From: Patescibacteria group bacterium | GTDB taxonomy: Bacteria > Patescibacteriota > Patescibacteriia > Buchananbacterales > UBA6539 | Reading direction: 5' to 3' | Length of the DNA stretch: 64,000 nt | Assembly: GCA_041662625.1 (NCBI GenBank) | Contig: JBAZSB010000002.1 | Location: 12,024 to 76,023, forward strand | Part shown: piece by piece, positions 9,779-19,573 of the stretch | Position numbering within the stretch: the first letter of the stretch is position 1 | Layout: each line of letters opens with the position of its first letter | Position numbers and translations under genes: made by a program | The notes under the pieces: model-generated | Seen by the model: only the letters and a program-made list of their open reading frames with translations | What the model was told of the DNA's origin: nothing | Database searches by the model: none

Positions 9779-12700
9779 TTACGGCCCCAGATCCCGGTAC
9801 TTCAGCGAGTAGCTGCAACTGCTGCCCACGGAGTAGGCCCGGATGCGGAGGTAATACCAGCCGGTACTGTTTGGTTTATAGGTGAAGCTGAACTGAAGAT
9901 TACCACCGCTGTCATCGTTGTAGGCAACGCGGACAGTGCCGGCAGAATTGGAGTACAGCTCACCGTAGTCATCGCCAATGCCGCCAGTTGTGTTGAAATT
10001 GTAGCGGCGGCCGCTTACCAGATACACTCTGAACCAGTCGTAGCGATCGGCGCTCGACAAGGTGTGGGGTCCGTGGGCCTGTTCCGTAGCCGTCGGGTTA
10101 TTCAACACTGTGGAACCGGAAACAATGTTGTCAGCCGGATCCCAAGCATCATTGGCAGGCGGTGGCGGTATGACGGCCAAATCCCGGTACTTCAGCGAGT
10201 AGCTACAATTACTACCTACTGAGGAGGCCCGGATACGGAGGTAATACCAGCCGCTGACTGTCGGCGCATAGGTAAAACTGAACTGCAGGTTACCACCACT
10301 GTCGTCATTGTAAGCGACGCGAGTGGTACCCGTTGCATTGGAGTACAACTCGGCGTAATCATTACCGGTCCCGCCAGTTGTGTTGAAATTGTAGCGACGG
10401 CCGCTTACCAGATACACCCTGAACCAGTCGTAGCGATCCATATTGGAAAGCGTATGTGGTCCATGGTTCTGCTCTGCAGTGGTCGGGTTGTTTAGCACTG
10501 TGGCGCTGGAGACAATCCCGTCAGCCGGATCCCAGGCGTCGATAATAGGTGTTGGAATAGTAGTAATATTCGACTCCAGCACCGTACCATCAACTTTATC
10601 CTGCAGGATAATGAACACTTGGGGTGGTGGCGCTTGGCCTAAGGGCACAGCAAACCAAATCCTGGTCAGGTCAGAGGCTTTACCAAGAGCACAGAAGCCG
10701 TAGATCCGACGTCGACTGCCGTCTGGTTTTGCCTCATAGATCTCAACCCAGGTTCGAGCGGCACTGGTGTTAAGGCCGCAAGTCACACAGTAGGCTGAAC
10801 TGAAAATCCGGTCAGGATATTCAGCCCAGTTACTGATTGACAAGAGATAGCGGGTCCAGTTACCACTGGAGGTGCTGTATTCTTCACTGCCAATGATGGT
10901 GAGCTGAGGAATTGGAACCAACTCCAAAGGCGAAATCACCTCAAAGGTAACGCCTCCTTCATTGTTGCTTTCATCCTCCTCGCTCACCTCGCTGTCACAG
11001 TCAGCATAAGCGCGCCAAGTGAAAATCCCGGAGCTGTCACAATGATCCAGATCAAAAATCACTTCCGCTGTCTGGCCAGAAGCCAGGGCCGGCAGGCGTT
11101 GCTTCAGGAAAAAATTGTTCCAGGTCAAGCCAACATTGAAAGCTGGCGCATCAACCGGACCAATATTTCCTGCCACAATAGTTACCTTGATCGGATCACC
11201 AGTCCAGGGATCAAGAGGATCGACTGAACAGTTCATGATGACGCAGTCAGCTCGCCGCGGTGGCAGGACTGTCACTGAAGCGCTTGCGGAGTTGTCGCCT
11301 TCGTTGCTTTCGGCCACAACATTGCCACTGTCAACGACCGCAGTCACCGTCTGTGTCCCTTCAGCTGTCAGATTGAAATTGACACTGAAAGGCACACTGC
11401 CACCCGCGGGAATCGCCGGCAGGTCAACAGTTGCTGTCTGCCCGCTGAAACTGATGGCCAGTTGGCAGACGCCAGAGGCCTCATTGCCACTGTTAGACAT
11501 TACACCCGAAACCGTGGCTGTTCCGCCAACTCGCAGTTCAGCCGGGCTGACTGAAAGGTTTGCAAGTGTCAGGTTAGGTTGAGCCGGCGGCGGCAAAGCT
11601 TGGATGATTGTCGATTCAGAGTTATCACCTTCGTTATACTCAGCAATAACCCCGGTTGAATCAACATAAGCATCCACCTTATAGCTGCCTTCGGCCTGTA
11701 TCCCGAGGTTGAAGGTGTGGTAATACACTCCGCCGTGAGACAAGCCGTCGATCTCAATGGCTTGACTGCTCTGGCCGGCAATGCCGACCGTCAGCACAAA
11801 CGGCGTATTGATGTTCACGTCGCCATCATTAATGATCCCAACCTGAATGCAAAGAGGATCACCAGTATGAACTTCGGCTGTTGCCAGTTCAAGTGATACA
11901 AACTTCAACTGGGCTTTTAGATCGGCTTCGTTAATAACCTTGAAACCGACTTTGACTTGGCAACCTTCAGCCGCCTGATTGATGACGTGCCAAACGTCGT
12001 TAATCCGAACGCAGGCAACCAGATAGTAGTCACCGGGTTCAGTCGAGACGTAGCTGCTGCCGACACTGCCGCTTTTCGTCTGACCCGGTTGTAAAGTTAC
12101 GGGCGTCGACATGTAGCTGGAGAAATCAACCCAGACGTTTTCGGGCAACCGGTAGGGGAAAAGCGACGGGCCTTGGTAGGTCACCACTTGGTCAGTCGGA
12201 TTTTCCACGGTGTAAGTTATCCTGGGACAAACATAGGGCAAATACGGCCCAGTGCTATCCTCGGTTAACCCAGCGACCAGCCTAAGCGGCGCTTCGGGAA
12301 AAGGCGGTTGAGGCGGTGGTTCGGGGTCAGGCAGCTTTTCCACGACAGTCACGGTCACTCTCTCTGACTGAATCGACCGGTCGTCGTAAAGCTCAATCCA
12401 TGTTTCTGCCGTACCGATGTTATTGGCAATGATGTAGCCATTGTCACCGGAGATGACAAAGACACTTGGGCTAGACGAAATGAAAAGCACTTGCACCCCA
12501 GTCATCTCATTGCCGTACTGGTCAAACACTTGAGCCGTGGCCCAGCCGTCCGTGGCATACTGCCAAGTAGTTTGCGTCAGATTGATCCGCAACGTTGTTG
12601 GCGTGGGTGCCGGTGTTGGCGGGGGCGGGGGTGTAGCTTCGGTTGTCACTGTCACCTCGTTGCTCCAACCAAAAACCAGCTCGCTGGCCGTAACTGCTGC

Positions 12701-14176
12701 CAGCTGATAGGTGCAGCTATGGCTTGGCTCCAATGGATAATCAGTCCACTGAGTAAAGCCACTGACCAGTTTGGCAATCTTTACCCCGTCACGAAACAGC
12801 CAGAGAAATGGCGCATACGGGTAGGCCGTGTTTTGCCACTGGAGGAACGCCGAGTTGTAGCCATCAGCAGTACCTTGCAGGGTAAAGCTGCCGGGATTTC
12901 CCGGGCCAGTAATGGTCACGATATTGGAGACATCAAGCGCGCCAGTACTATTGGACATGGCAAAGACTTGATATTGCCGTGTGCTGCCTGTTGGTAGGCC
13001 TGCTTCAGTGAATTCCCGAAGTGTGGTCTGGCCGATTTCAGTGCCGTTGGCAAACACGGCGTAGTAGTCGCATGTTGGACCACCTTCAATCCAAATAGTG
13101 TTGTGGTTTTCTGACATCGGTTTGCCGGTCAGAGTTAGGGCACTGAATTCACCGGTTGGCTCAAACACTTCAACCAGTGTACCGTCCAGACGGTGAAGTT
13201 CTACGCTGCCTGATTTGCAGTACCCGTTTTGGAAACACTGCTGGCCGTTAATGAAGTCACTGGTCGGACAGCCTAACACTGTTCCATCGTCCATCGGCAT
13301 ATCCGGACCATAGCGCTGGCAACCGCGAGTGTTGTCCCAACGACCGTAGCGGTAGAACTCCCAATACTTGCCGGGGATCAGGTAGGCCTGACTGCCAAAA
13401 AGCGGATCATAGATGATGATCGACTCTTCACCTCGGGCGTTGCGGAAGTTCTGGCAGAGGTAGCGGAACGGAGCCCAGTTATGGACAAAGATTCCGTCAC
13501 CGTCATCGATTGGCCAACCTACGCCATCCAAACCACCGTGGCGGTTGTAGCAGTTATTGATTTGTCGATCAATCGCTTGACCATCAGCAAACCGACCAAT
13601 GACCGAAAAACCAGGATAGTGTAACCAGCCTTTGACGAAGTAGTTAGTACTAAGTCGTTCTCCCGGCTCTACTTTCCAAGTGCCATCAGCGTTCTGACTC
13701 ATTGGCAACAGACGGAATGGCTTGGTGGAATTATTGATGTTTTGTTCAAACACCTCAATTCCATCCCTCATCACCCGTGAAACAATACCGACGTGGCCAG
13801 AACCACTATCGCAGGATGTCCAACCGTTATTCCACCAAATGATAAAGTCGCCAATCTGGGGCGGTACCACACTGCTATCGTTGGAAACAGCATGGTAACC
13901 CAACCTCTCCGGCAACCGCAACCACATATTGGCTGCACATCCGACTTCGTAGTCAATCACCTTATGGTACGCGGCAGCGAATCTCTTGGCCAAGTTAACA
14001 CACTGGTATTCCGCTTGGCTGGCCGTACAAGGCTTCTCGGTGCAGTCACCATTAGAATACGCGGTGACTCCCATGAAAGAGCCAATTTCGCGTCCGTAGT
14101 CCGGACCACAGTCGTTCGGGCACTGACCTGACGCCACTGTCGCCACAAACATAACCACACAAAATATCGTTCTCAT
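9779..14176 (-). CDS. Large secreted multidomain protein: CHAP amidase, FN3/Ig-like, three CARDB, two PPC-like domains
   Basis: Start at ATG 14176 (GGAGG SD). YQCV, GHVGIV and EQN CHAP triad; VD....I.E.NE.DN CARDB signature three times; duplicated DRYDWF...NDDSGG...GWYYLRI C-terminal domains. Confidence 0.85.
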   Translation of the reverse strand: MRTIFCVVMFVATVASGQCPNDCGPDYGREIGSFMGVTAYSNGDCTEKPCTASQAEYQCVNLAKRFAAAYHKVIDYEVGCAANMWLRLPERLGYHAVSNDSSVVPPQIGDFIIWWNNGWTSCDSGSGHVGIVSRVMRDGIEVFEQNINNSTKPFRLLPMSQNADGTWKVEPGERLSTNYFVKGWLHYPGFSVIGRFADGQAIDRQINNCYNRHGGLDGVGWPIDDGDGIFVHNWAPFRYLCQNFRNARGEESIIIYDPLFGSQAYLIPGKYWEFYRYGRWDNTRGCQRYGPDMPMDDGTVLGCPTSDFINGQQCFQNGYCKSGSVELHRLDGTLVEVFEPTGEFSALTLTGKPMSENHNTIWIEGGPTCDYYAVFANGTEIGQTTLREFTEAGLPTGSTRQYQVFAMSNSTGALDVSNIVTITGPGNPGSFTLQGTADGYNSAFLQWQNTAYPYAPFLWLFRDGVKIAKLVSGFTQWTDYPLEPSHSCTYQLAAVTASELVFGWSNEVTVTTEATPPPPPTPAPTPTTLRINLTQTTWQYATDGWATAQVFDQYGNEMTGVQVLFISSSPSVFVISGDNGYIIANNIGTAETWIELYDDRSIQSERVTVTVVEKLPDPEPPPQPPFPEAPLRLVAGLTEDSTGPYLPYVCPRITYTVENPTDQVVTYQGPSLFPYRLPENVWVDFSSYMSTPVTLQPGQTKSGSVGSSYVSTEPGDYYLVACVRINDVWHVINQAAEGCQVKVGFKVINEADLKAQLKFVSLELATAEVHTGDPLCIQVGIINDGDVNINTPFVLTVGIAGQSSQAIEIDGLSHGGVYYHTFNLGIQAEGSYKVDAYVDSTGVIAEYNEGDNSESTIIQALPPPAQPNLTLANLSVSPAELRVGGTATVSGVMSNSGNEASGVCQLAISFSGQTATVDLPAIPAGGSVPFSVNFNLTAEGTQTVTAVVDSGNVVAESNEGDNSASASVTVLPPRRADCVIMNCSVDPLDPWTGDPIKVTIVAGNIGPVDAPAFNVGLTWNNFFLKQRLPALASGQTAEVIFDLDHCDSSGIFTWRAYADCDSEVSEEDESNNEGGVTFEVISPLELVPIPQLTIIGSEEYSTSSGNWTRYLLSISNWAEYPDRIFSSAYCVTCGLNTSAARTWVEIYEAKPDGSRRRIYGFCALGKASDLTRIWFAVPLGQAPPPQVFIILQDKVDGTVLESNITTIPTPIIDAWDPADGIVSSATVLNNPTTAEQNHGPHTLSNMDRYDWFRVYLVSGRRYNFNTTGGTGNDYAELYSNATGTTRVAYNDDSGGNLQFSFTYAPTVSGWYYLRIRASSVGSNCSYSLKYRDLAVIPPPPANDAWDPADNIVSGSTVLNNPTATEQAHGPHTLSSADRYDWFRVYLVSGRRYNFNTTGGIGDDYGELYSNSAGTVRVAYNDDSGGNLQFSFTYKPNSTGWYYLRIRAYSVGSSCSYSLKYRDLGP
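9791..10540. repeat. Tandem internal duplication, 390-nt period (130 aa)
   Basis: atcccggtacttcagcgagtagct at 9791 and 10181; gatacac.ctgaaccagtcgtagcgatc at 10021 and 10411. Confidence 0.95.
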
Positions 14177-14340
14177 TTCTCGATACCTCCATATTGTCAA
14201 AGGTCTATGGTATTTCTCTTCTACTCACATCGTAGAAAAGGGAGCTTTTACAGAAAGCTCCTTAAAAAAATCAACATAGAACTTAATCTCTTTAAGGAGA
14301 TCTCTGGCGCTATGTTGATTATGGTCTTAGAATTTTAATT

Positions 14341-15030
14341 TTACTTCGTCGATAAAAACTTAAAACTGGATAAAATTTCGTAATAAGTTGGCAAAAACCT
14401 ACTATTTGAATCCAAATGCTCTGCTAATACAAAAACTATTTTATCATTATTCATTAAACAAAGATTTTTTTTGATAAATCTTTTATCGTTATCCATAATA
14501 TAATTAATTGAAAAAACCTTTTCACCATTAATATCCTCAAATCCTTTATCTAAAATGTTCAAATTATTATATTTATCATTCCAAATTGCATCAGAATATA
14601 ATATTAAATCTGTATCACACCATTGCTTATTGTTTTGGCCGGCATGACCAAGATCATTATCATCAGCTAAAAGAAAATGAAATTCCATATAAATTTCATC
14701 TTCCGGGACAAATACACTATTGCCGCTAGGTTCATAACGAGAAGCGAGTTGAATAATTGATCCCCCAGCATATAATTCCCAACGAGGGGGATACTTAAAC
14801 TCAAACCCATATTCCTCATTCCAATAAGTTTTCCAGTTACTCGTGTCTATTGCTTTAGTAGTTGTGGCAGTGTTGGTATTTACATTTTGATCTATCGGCT
14901 GATTCGTATTTTGATTTACATTCTGGTTCTGATTAACTACCGGATTCGGCTTTTTCAGGCACGCCGAAACAGCCAGGCTTAAGCCAGCTAAAAGGGCAAT
15001 AATTGCGAGTTTTTGGGTTAGTTTTTTCAT
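14341..15030 (-). CDS. Lipoprotein with Asn/Gln-rich linker and CPR PsbP-like domain
   Basis: Lipobox VSAC; NQNQNVNQ linker; WKTY.NEEYGFEFKYP...ILSSFKF. Confidence 0.8.
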   Translation of the reverse strand: MKKLTQKLAIIALLAGLSLAVSACLKKPNPVVNQNQNVNQNTNQPIDQNVNTNTATTTKAIDTSNWKTYWNEEYGFEFKYPPRWELYAGGSIIQLASRYEPSGNSVFVPEDEIYMEFHFLLADDNDLGHAGQNNKQWCDTDLILYSDAIWNDKYNNLNILDKGFEDINGEKVFSINYIMDNDKRFIKKNLCLMNNDKIVFVLAEHLDSNSRFLPTYYEILSSFKFLSTK

Positions 15031-15131
15031 ACTTTTTTGGTAAAAAATAAAGCGCTTGGGGCGCTATATTGAAACTCTTTGATTCTATTCTCATTTTATC
15101 ACTCCTAAAAACCGTGTCAATAGCAGTTATT

Positions 15132-16892
15132 TTAAAAAGTCAGCTCTTCTGGCTCGACTCGTCCATTAAGAGTCGAAGCAGACTCATCTGGTTCGGCCGG
15201 TGCTAAAACCAACCGGCAAAGCCTCAGCTCATCGTAAGAAAACCGGCCGCCTAGTTTTTCAAAAACCGGCGAAAGCCGCTCAAACCCCAGTTCATTAAAA
15301 GCTGCTGCTATTTCGGCCAGAGATTTTTGCAATGGCATTGAAAGTATCCGATTCAGATCCGCCTTCTCTACCAGATTTTTTGCCGCCAGCTTTTCCAAGT
15401 GATTTAAAATTGTGCCTTGGGTTAAGCCGCGCTGTTTGGCAATGGCCGCGATATCCTTGCCAGCGCGCCAAAGCGTTAAAGTTTCCATTTTAGTATCGGT
15501 TTTAATCTTTACGCGACGGTGCGAAGGGCGGGCGTTCAGATCACCGCCGCAGGCAATGATAAAATCGCGCTGTTGTTTTTCAATTTCTGCCGGTAAAACT
15601 TCAGCCAGCTCGGCTTGAGTCTTAAACGATAAATCCAAAAAATCTTTGTCTTTTTCTAAAACCTGCTTATCAACTTCAAAAGCGCGGCGATTATACCCAA
15701 GCAAAAAAAGTCCGGAAAGCCGCCGCACCCGCGACAGCGCCACGTAGCCTTGGCCGGCTTCAAAAACCTTGCTCAAATCAATTACGGCCTGATCCAAACT
15801 CATGCCTTGGCTTTTGTGAATGGTAATCGACCAGGCCAGCCGCAAAGGCAGCTGGCTGATTTTGGCGCGCGGGATGCCGTTTTCTTCGGCGGTCCAGTCT
15901 GCCGGTAAAACTTCAATCTGCCGGCTGTCTTTGGTTTGAACAATTGGATAATTGCTTTTCTCGTCAAAGCCTAATACCGTGCCGAGCGTGCCGTTGACAT
16001 ACCGATTGCCCGAATCATTTTTGGTAAACATCACAGCCGCGCCTTTTTTTAAACTTAAAACCTCCGGTGACAGACAGCCTTTCTGCAAAGCCGCCACCAG
16101 CGGTTTTGGCCCGCGGCCGGACATGATAAAATCCATCGCCTTGCCTGGCAGCTCGTTTAATTTTTTATCATTAATGTGGTCAACATCGGCATTATGAGAA
16201 AAAAGTTTTGGCGCACCGGCCGGCGCGGCTAAATATTCTATAACCTGAAGTTTAATCAAAGCCAAATGCGAATCAGAAAATTTGTTTTGGCGAATGGCCT
16301 GCAAAACGTTTAAAAAATCACCATCATCCTGTCGGTATTGCTCAGTTAAATAACAAACCTTTAAATCGGCTTTTTGCCAAACAAACGACTGAAAAGCAAA
16401 TCGCTGTTTGGCAGTACCAAAAAGATCAGTGGCAGCCTCCTCTTCATCCTTCTTTAAAACCGGCGGCAGCTGAAAAAAATCGCCGACTAAAATTATTTGC
16501 AAACCGCCAAACGGGCTGGAATTTTTTTTAACTTTCCGGCAAACGGCGTCAATCATTTCCAAAGTCTGTGGTTTTAGCATTGATACTTCGTCAACAATCA
16601 AAACCTTGGCATTGGCAATGCGTCTGGCCACCCGCCTGTTGGCGGCAATGTTAGTTAGGTCTGATTTGCTTAATTTTTCTTTGATGCCAATGCCGGACCA
16701 GGAATGAATAGTCAGCCCGCCGATGTGAGTCGCGGCAATGCCGGTGGCCGCGGTGATTGCCGGTTCAATGCCAAAAGATTTCAGGTAACTGACATATTCA
16801 TTAATAACATAGGTTTTGCCCGAGCCGGGTTGGCCGGTTAAAAAAACATTAACGCCGGTTTTCATTATTGCTAACGCTTGGGACTGTTTCAT
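15132..16892 (-). CDS. PIF1-family DNA helicase with C-terminal HTH domain
   Basis: GQPGSGKT, DEVSM, GDFFQLPPV, LAWSITIHKSQG, YVALSRV; C-terminal IAKQRGLTQGTILNHL. Confidence 0.92.
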   Translation of the reverse strand: MKQSQALAIMKTGVNVFLTGQPGSGKTYVINEYVSYLKSFGIEPAITAATGIAATHIGGLTIHSWSGIGIKEKLSKSDLTNIAANRRVARRIANAKVLIVDEVSMLKPQTLEMIDAVCRKVKKNSSPFGGLQIILVGDFFQLPPVLKKDEEEAATDLFGTAKQRFAFQSFVWQKADLKVCYLTEQYRQDDGDFLNVLQAIRQNKFSDSHLALIKLQVIEYLAAPAGAPKLFSHNADVDHINDKKLNELPGKAMDFIMSGRGPKPLVAALQKGCLSPEVLSLKKGAAVMFTKNDSGNRYVNGTLGTVLGFDEKSNYPIVQTKDSRQIEVLPADWTAEENGIPRAKISQLPLRLAWSITIHKSQGMSLDQAVIDLSKVFEAGQGYVALSRVRRLSGLFLLGYNRRAFEVDKQVLEKDKDFLDLSFKTQAELAEVLPAEIEKQQRDFIIACGGDLNARPSHRRVKIKTDTKMETLTLWRAGKDIAAIAKQRGLTQGTILNHLEKLAAKNLVEKADLNRILSMPLQKSLAEIAAAFNELGFERLSPVFEKLGGRFSYDELRLCRLVLAPAEPDESASTLNGRVEPEELTF

Positions 16893-16900
16893 AAAGATAA

Positions 16901-17614
16901 CTAGACAAAATTAATATAATCCCGCCAATACTCATATAATGCTCTGGTGGCTAGTAAATCACCGACATTGTATTTGGCAATGTCTAGAAATTTCTTTTCT
17001 TTAAAAAGCTTTCCGACATCATCGCCGGTAATGCCAGAAGCTTTCGGACTGGCAATGCCAAACGCCCGGCTCCAAAGATGCAAATTGCCTTTTTTCCTGG
17101 CGGCGCCGTAAAAAGTCAACTGGTCTAATAAATCAATGTGCCGCGCGCCGAATTTCTGGCTGGATAAATAACGGTTGGACATTAAATCTTTGGTCGGTTT
17201 AATTTTGTGAACAGCCGAGCGGATCATTAAAAAAGGCGCATCAAAACCGCGGCCGTTGAAACTGACAAAATTTTGGTAATTAGCCGCTCCCTGCCAAAAA
17301 TTTTGCAACATTTCCGCCTCAGTCATCGGTTTAAATTTAAATCCATTTTCTTCAAATTCCGCCAAGCTCTGCCCGGGCGCCTGAAAATAAATTGCTCCTT
17401 GGTTCTTTTCATAGTCCAAAATTCCAATTACCGCGATCTCGCCAGTCAGCGGTGAAAACCCCAGCCAATTTTTTAAATCAGTTAAATTGGCCTGATATTC
17501 ATTCTCATCTTTGGCTTCTTTCCTGATCCAATTAGTTAAAGAACTTTGGGTGGCTTCGTCCAAACTATCAAAATCCTCGCCAACAGTTTCTAAGTCAAAA
17601 ATTAGAGTAGACAT
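16901..17614 (-). CDS. 3'-5' exonuclease, PolB-exo / RNase H-like (DEDD)
   Basis: FDLETV, SFNGRGFDAPFL, HIDLLD, YNVGD. Confidence 0.88.
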   Translation of the reverse strand: MSTLIFDLETVGEDFDSLDEATQSSLTNWIRKEAKDENEYQANLTDLKNWLGFSPLTGEIAVIGILDYEKNQGAIYFQAPGQSLAEFEENGFKFKPMTEAEMLQNFWQGAANYQNFVSFNGRGFDAPFLMIRSAVHKIKPTKDLMSNRYLSSQKFGARHIDLLDQLTFYGAARKKGNLHLWSRAFGIASPKASGITGDDVGKLFKEKKFLDIAKYNVGDLLATRALYEYWRDYINFV

Positions 17615-17808
17615 ATTGCGGTTTATTAAAATGATATTTAGTTATTCTCAAGCTGATCTAAACCAGTACTATTATACCTTAATAATTCAACTCTTGACAT
17701 ATATTTTTAATCGAGTATTATGTAAATAAGATCACGACGAAAAGTCCCCTTTAAGGTTCTGTCCTTATGGGGTCCTTTTCATATATGAAAGCTTTTTGCT
17801 TAATTCAT

Positions 17809-18264
17809 TCATAAAACTAATTTTTTGGCAGCCGCTTTCTTTAATAATCCAGAATACTTAAATATATTAGGGACTATTAAGGTCTCTAATTTGTTTTGTT
17901 CTCTTAAATACCGGATCAAACAATAAAAGTCACCATCGCCAGTAACAATAATTGCTTTATTGTAATTTTTGTATTCAATCATCGTATACAAAACTAATTC
18001 TGTATCAACATTGCCTTTAACCCGGCCGTCAGGTAATTCCATCGTTGGTTTAAAAATAAGAATATAGCCACATTTTTGCAAAGACAGGTAAAGACTGGCA
18101 TTGCCTGGCACGTAACCAACAAATAAGTAAGCTACTGCCACATTGTATTTTTCCTTAAGATAGATTCTAAATTTCAGCCAATCTAAAATCCAACCTTGAT
18201 CACGAATGGCCAGATTTAAATTCTGGCTATCAATAAAAGCGTAATTATTTTTACCAAAAGTCAT
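17809..18264 (-). CDS. NYN domain (PIN-like) ribonuclease, possibly C-terminally frameshifted
   Basis: AFIDSQNL, KGNVDTELV, TGDGDF; adding one A to the A6 tract at 17821-17826 extends the frame to a stop at 17765. Confidence 0.88.
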   Translation of the reverse strand: MTFGKNNYAFIDSQNLNLAIRDQGWILDWLKFRIYLKEKYNVAVAYLFVGYVPGNASLYLSLQKCGYILIFKPTMELPDGRVKGNVDTELVLYTMIEYKNYNKAIIVTGDGDFYCLIRYLREQNKLETLIVPNIFKYSGLLKKAAAKKLVL

Positions 18265-18418
18265 AAAAAAATAGCGCCAAAACGCTATGTTTAATCAACA
18301 CTTTCACTAACTTTGAAGTGGGTCCTAGGCTCAACCCCGCACCTTTATCTAAAAAACTATTATCAGGGCCCCAGGCTCAACATAGCGCGAAAAGCTCTAA
18401 GACCCTGATAATAATCCT

Positions 18419-18655
18419 TTAAAGAGCCGGCCGAAATAGGCGGCATTCTATCGTATTACCATTGGGTAGTTTGACCGTTACCCGCGATGGATAGCGACAA
18501 CCTAAAATCGCTTTGGCCAAAGGCGACAAAAAGGATATTTTGCCGGATTTTGGATCACCAGTTGGTAAATCAACGATTTCCAACTCTTTGATTTTGCCAT
18601 TTAAAACGACTAAGACTTTGTCCCCAATTGTAATTTTTTTAGACTTTTTGAACAT
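18419..18655 (-). CDS. GreA/GreB C-terminal domain-only protein
   Basis: DPKSGKISFLSPLAKAILG...VTVKLPNG; no N-terminal coiled coil. Confidence 0.75.
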   Translation of the reverse strand: MFKKSKKITIGDKVLVVLNGKIKELEIVDLPTGDPKSGKISFLSPLAKAILGCRYPSRVTVKLPNGNTIECRLFRPAL

Positions 18656-18679
18656 AGCACGAAAAGCTTCTTATTAGTT

Positions 18680-18742
18680 TGTCATACTGAATTTATTTCA
18701 TCATCTCTACTAACTAGATTCTGAAACAAGTTCAGAATGACA
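18680..18742. repeat. REP-like palindromic element (family also at 41565-41632 and, partially, 56867-56895)
   Basis: tgtca..ctgaa.tt.tttca....tct...agat.c.gaaacaagttc.g.atgaca. Confidence 0.75.
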
Positions 18743-18958
18743 ATGTAAGGGTTATCCCCAGCTTTTGCCGACGGCGGAAAAAACCGACGGCTCAAACTTA
18801 ATTTTTTCAAAAAAATTCACCGCAACTTGGATTCGGTGAACATTTTTTCAAAGTTCTTATTTACTTTTTGGTTTTTGCGACGGCGCTAGAGTATGCGACG
18901 GCTTTATTCTTATTAATAATCTTAGCATATTGAATTGCGATGTCAATAGTTTAATTGT

Positions 18959-19564
18959 TTAATCTTTTTTAACAAACTTTTGGTATTCTTCATCCTGATC
19001 AATTAATTTCTCAATTAACCCCCGCAAAAAATCGGCTTTGGAAATTGGCGTGTTATGTGTCTTCCAATGTAAAAACCGTTCAATCCGAGAATTGATTCTC
19101 AAAGTGAATTTGATCGTTGGCGCTTCGTGGCCTTCGCCCTTTTCCACAGTTTGCAAAAAATCAAGGATAATCTTTTCCAAATTTTTCTCAGTATAATATT
19201 GAAGCTGTAAGAATTTAGCTGTGCTTTTATCTTTTTGCAGATGAAGCAAATTTTTATTAATCAGCTTTCCTTTTTCTGAAAGATAAAGGATTGGTTTATG
19301 GTGCGCTAAGGCAATAGCAATTAAATAACCACTTTCGGGTAAAGGTCGACTGCCTTCAATAATTAAAGCATCCATCTTTTCTAAAAGAACTTCCCCGGCC
19401 TGATTAATTTTTTCTAAATCCTGATTAGAAAAACCGGAGATATTTTTGTCGGCCAAATTACTCATCACTAAAACTCCAGCTTGATTCAAAATATCAATTA
19501 TTTTAGAAAATCTGCTTTGGAAATTTTCTGATGCTTGATTGTCAGCAGCAAAATAGAGGCGCAT
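18959..19564 (-). CDS. Nucleoside 2-deoxyribosyltransferase-like domain plus putative C-terminal ribbon-helix-helix
   Basis: DALIIEGS....GYLIAIAL..KPILYL; C-terminal KFTLRI...ERFL...SKADFLR. Confidence 0.55.
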   Translation of the reverse strand: MRLYFAADNQASENFQSRFSKIIDILNQAGVLVMSNLADKNISGFSNQDLEKINQAGEVLLEKMDALIIEGSRPLPESGYLIAIALAHHKPILYLSEKGKLINKNLLHLQKDKSTAKFLQLQYYTEKNLEKIILDFLQTVEKGEGHEAPTIKFTLRINSRIERFLHWKTHNTPISKADFLRGLIEKLIDQDEEYQKFVKKD

Positions 19565-19573
19565 TTAAATAAG

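Noticed and set aside
15132-17614. Exonuclease plus PIF1 helicase as an anti-phage system
   Set aside because: Host-like composition, ordinary repair-type families and no defence-island context
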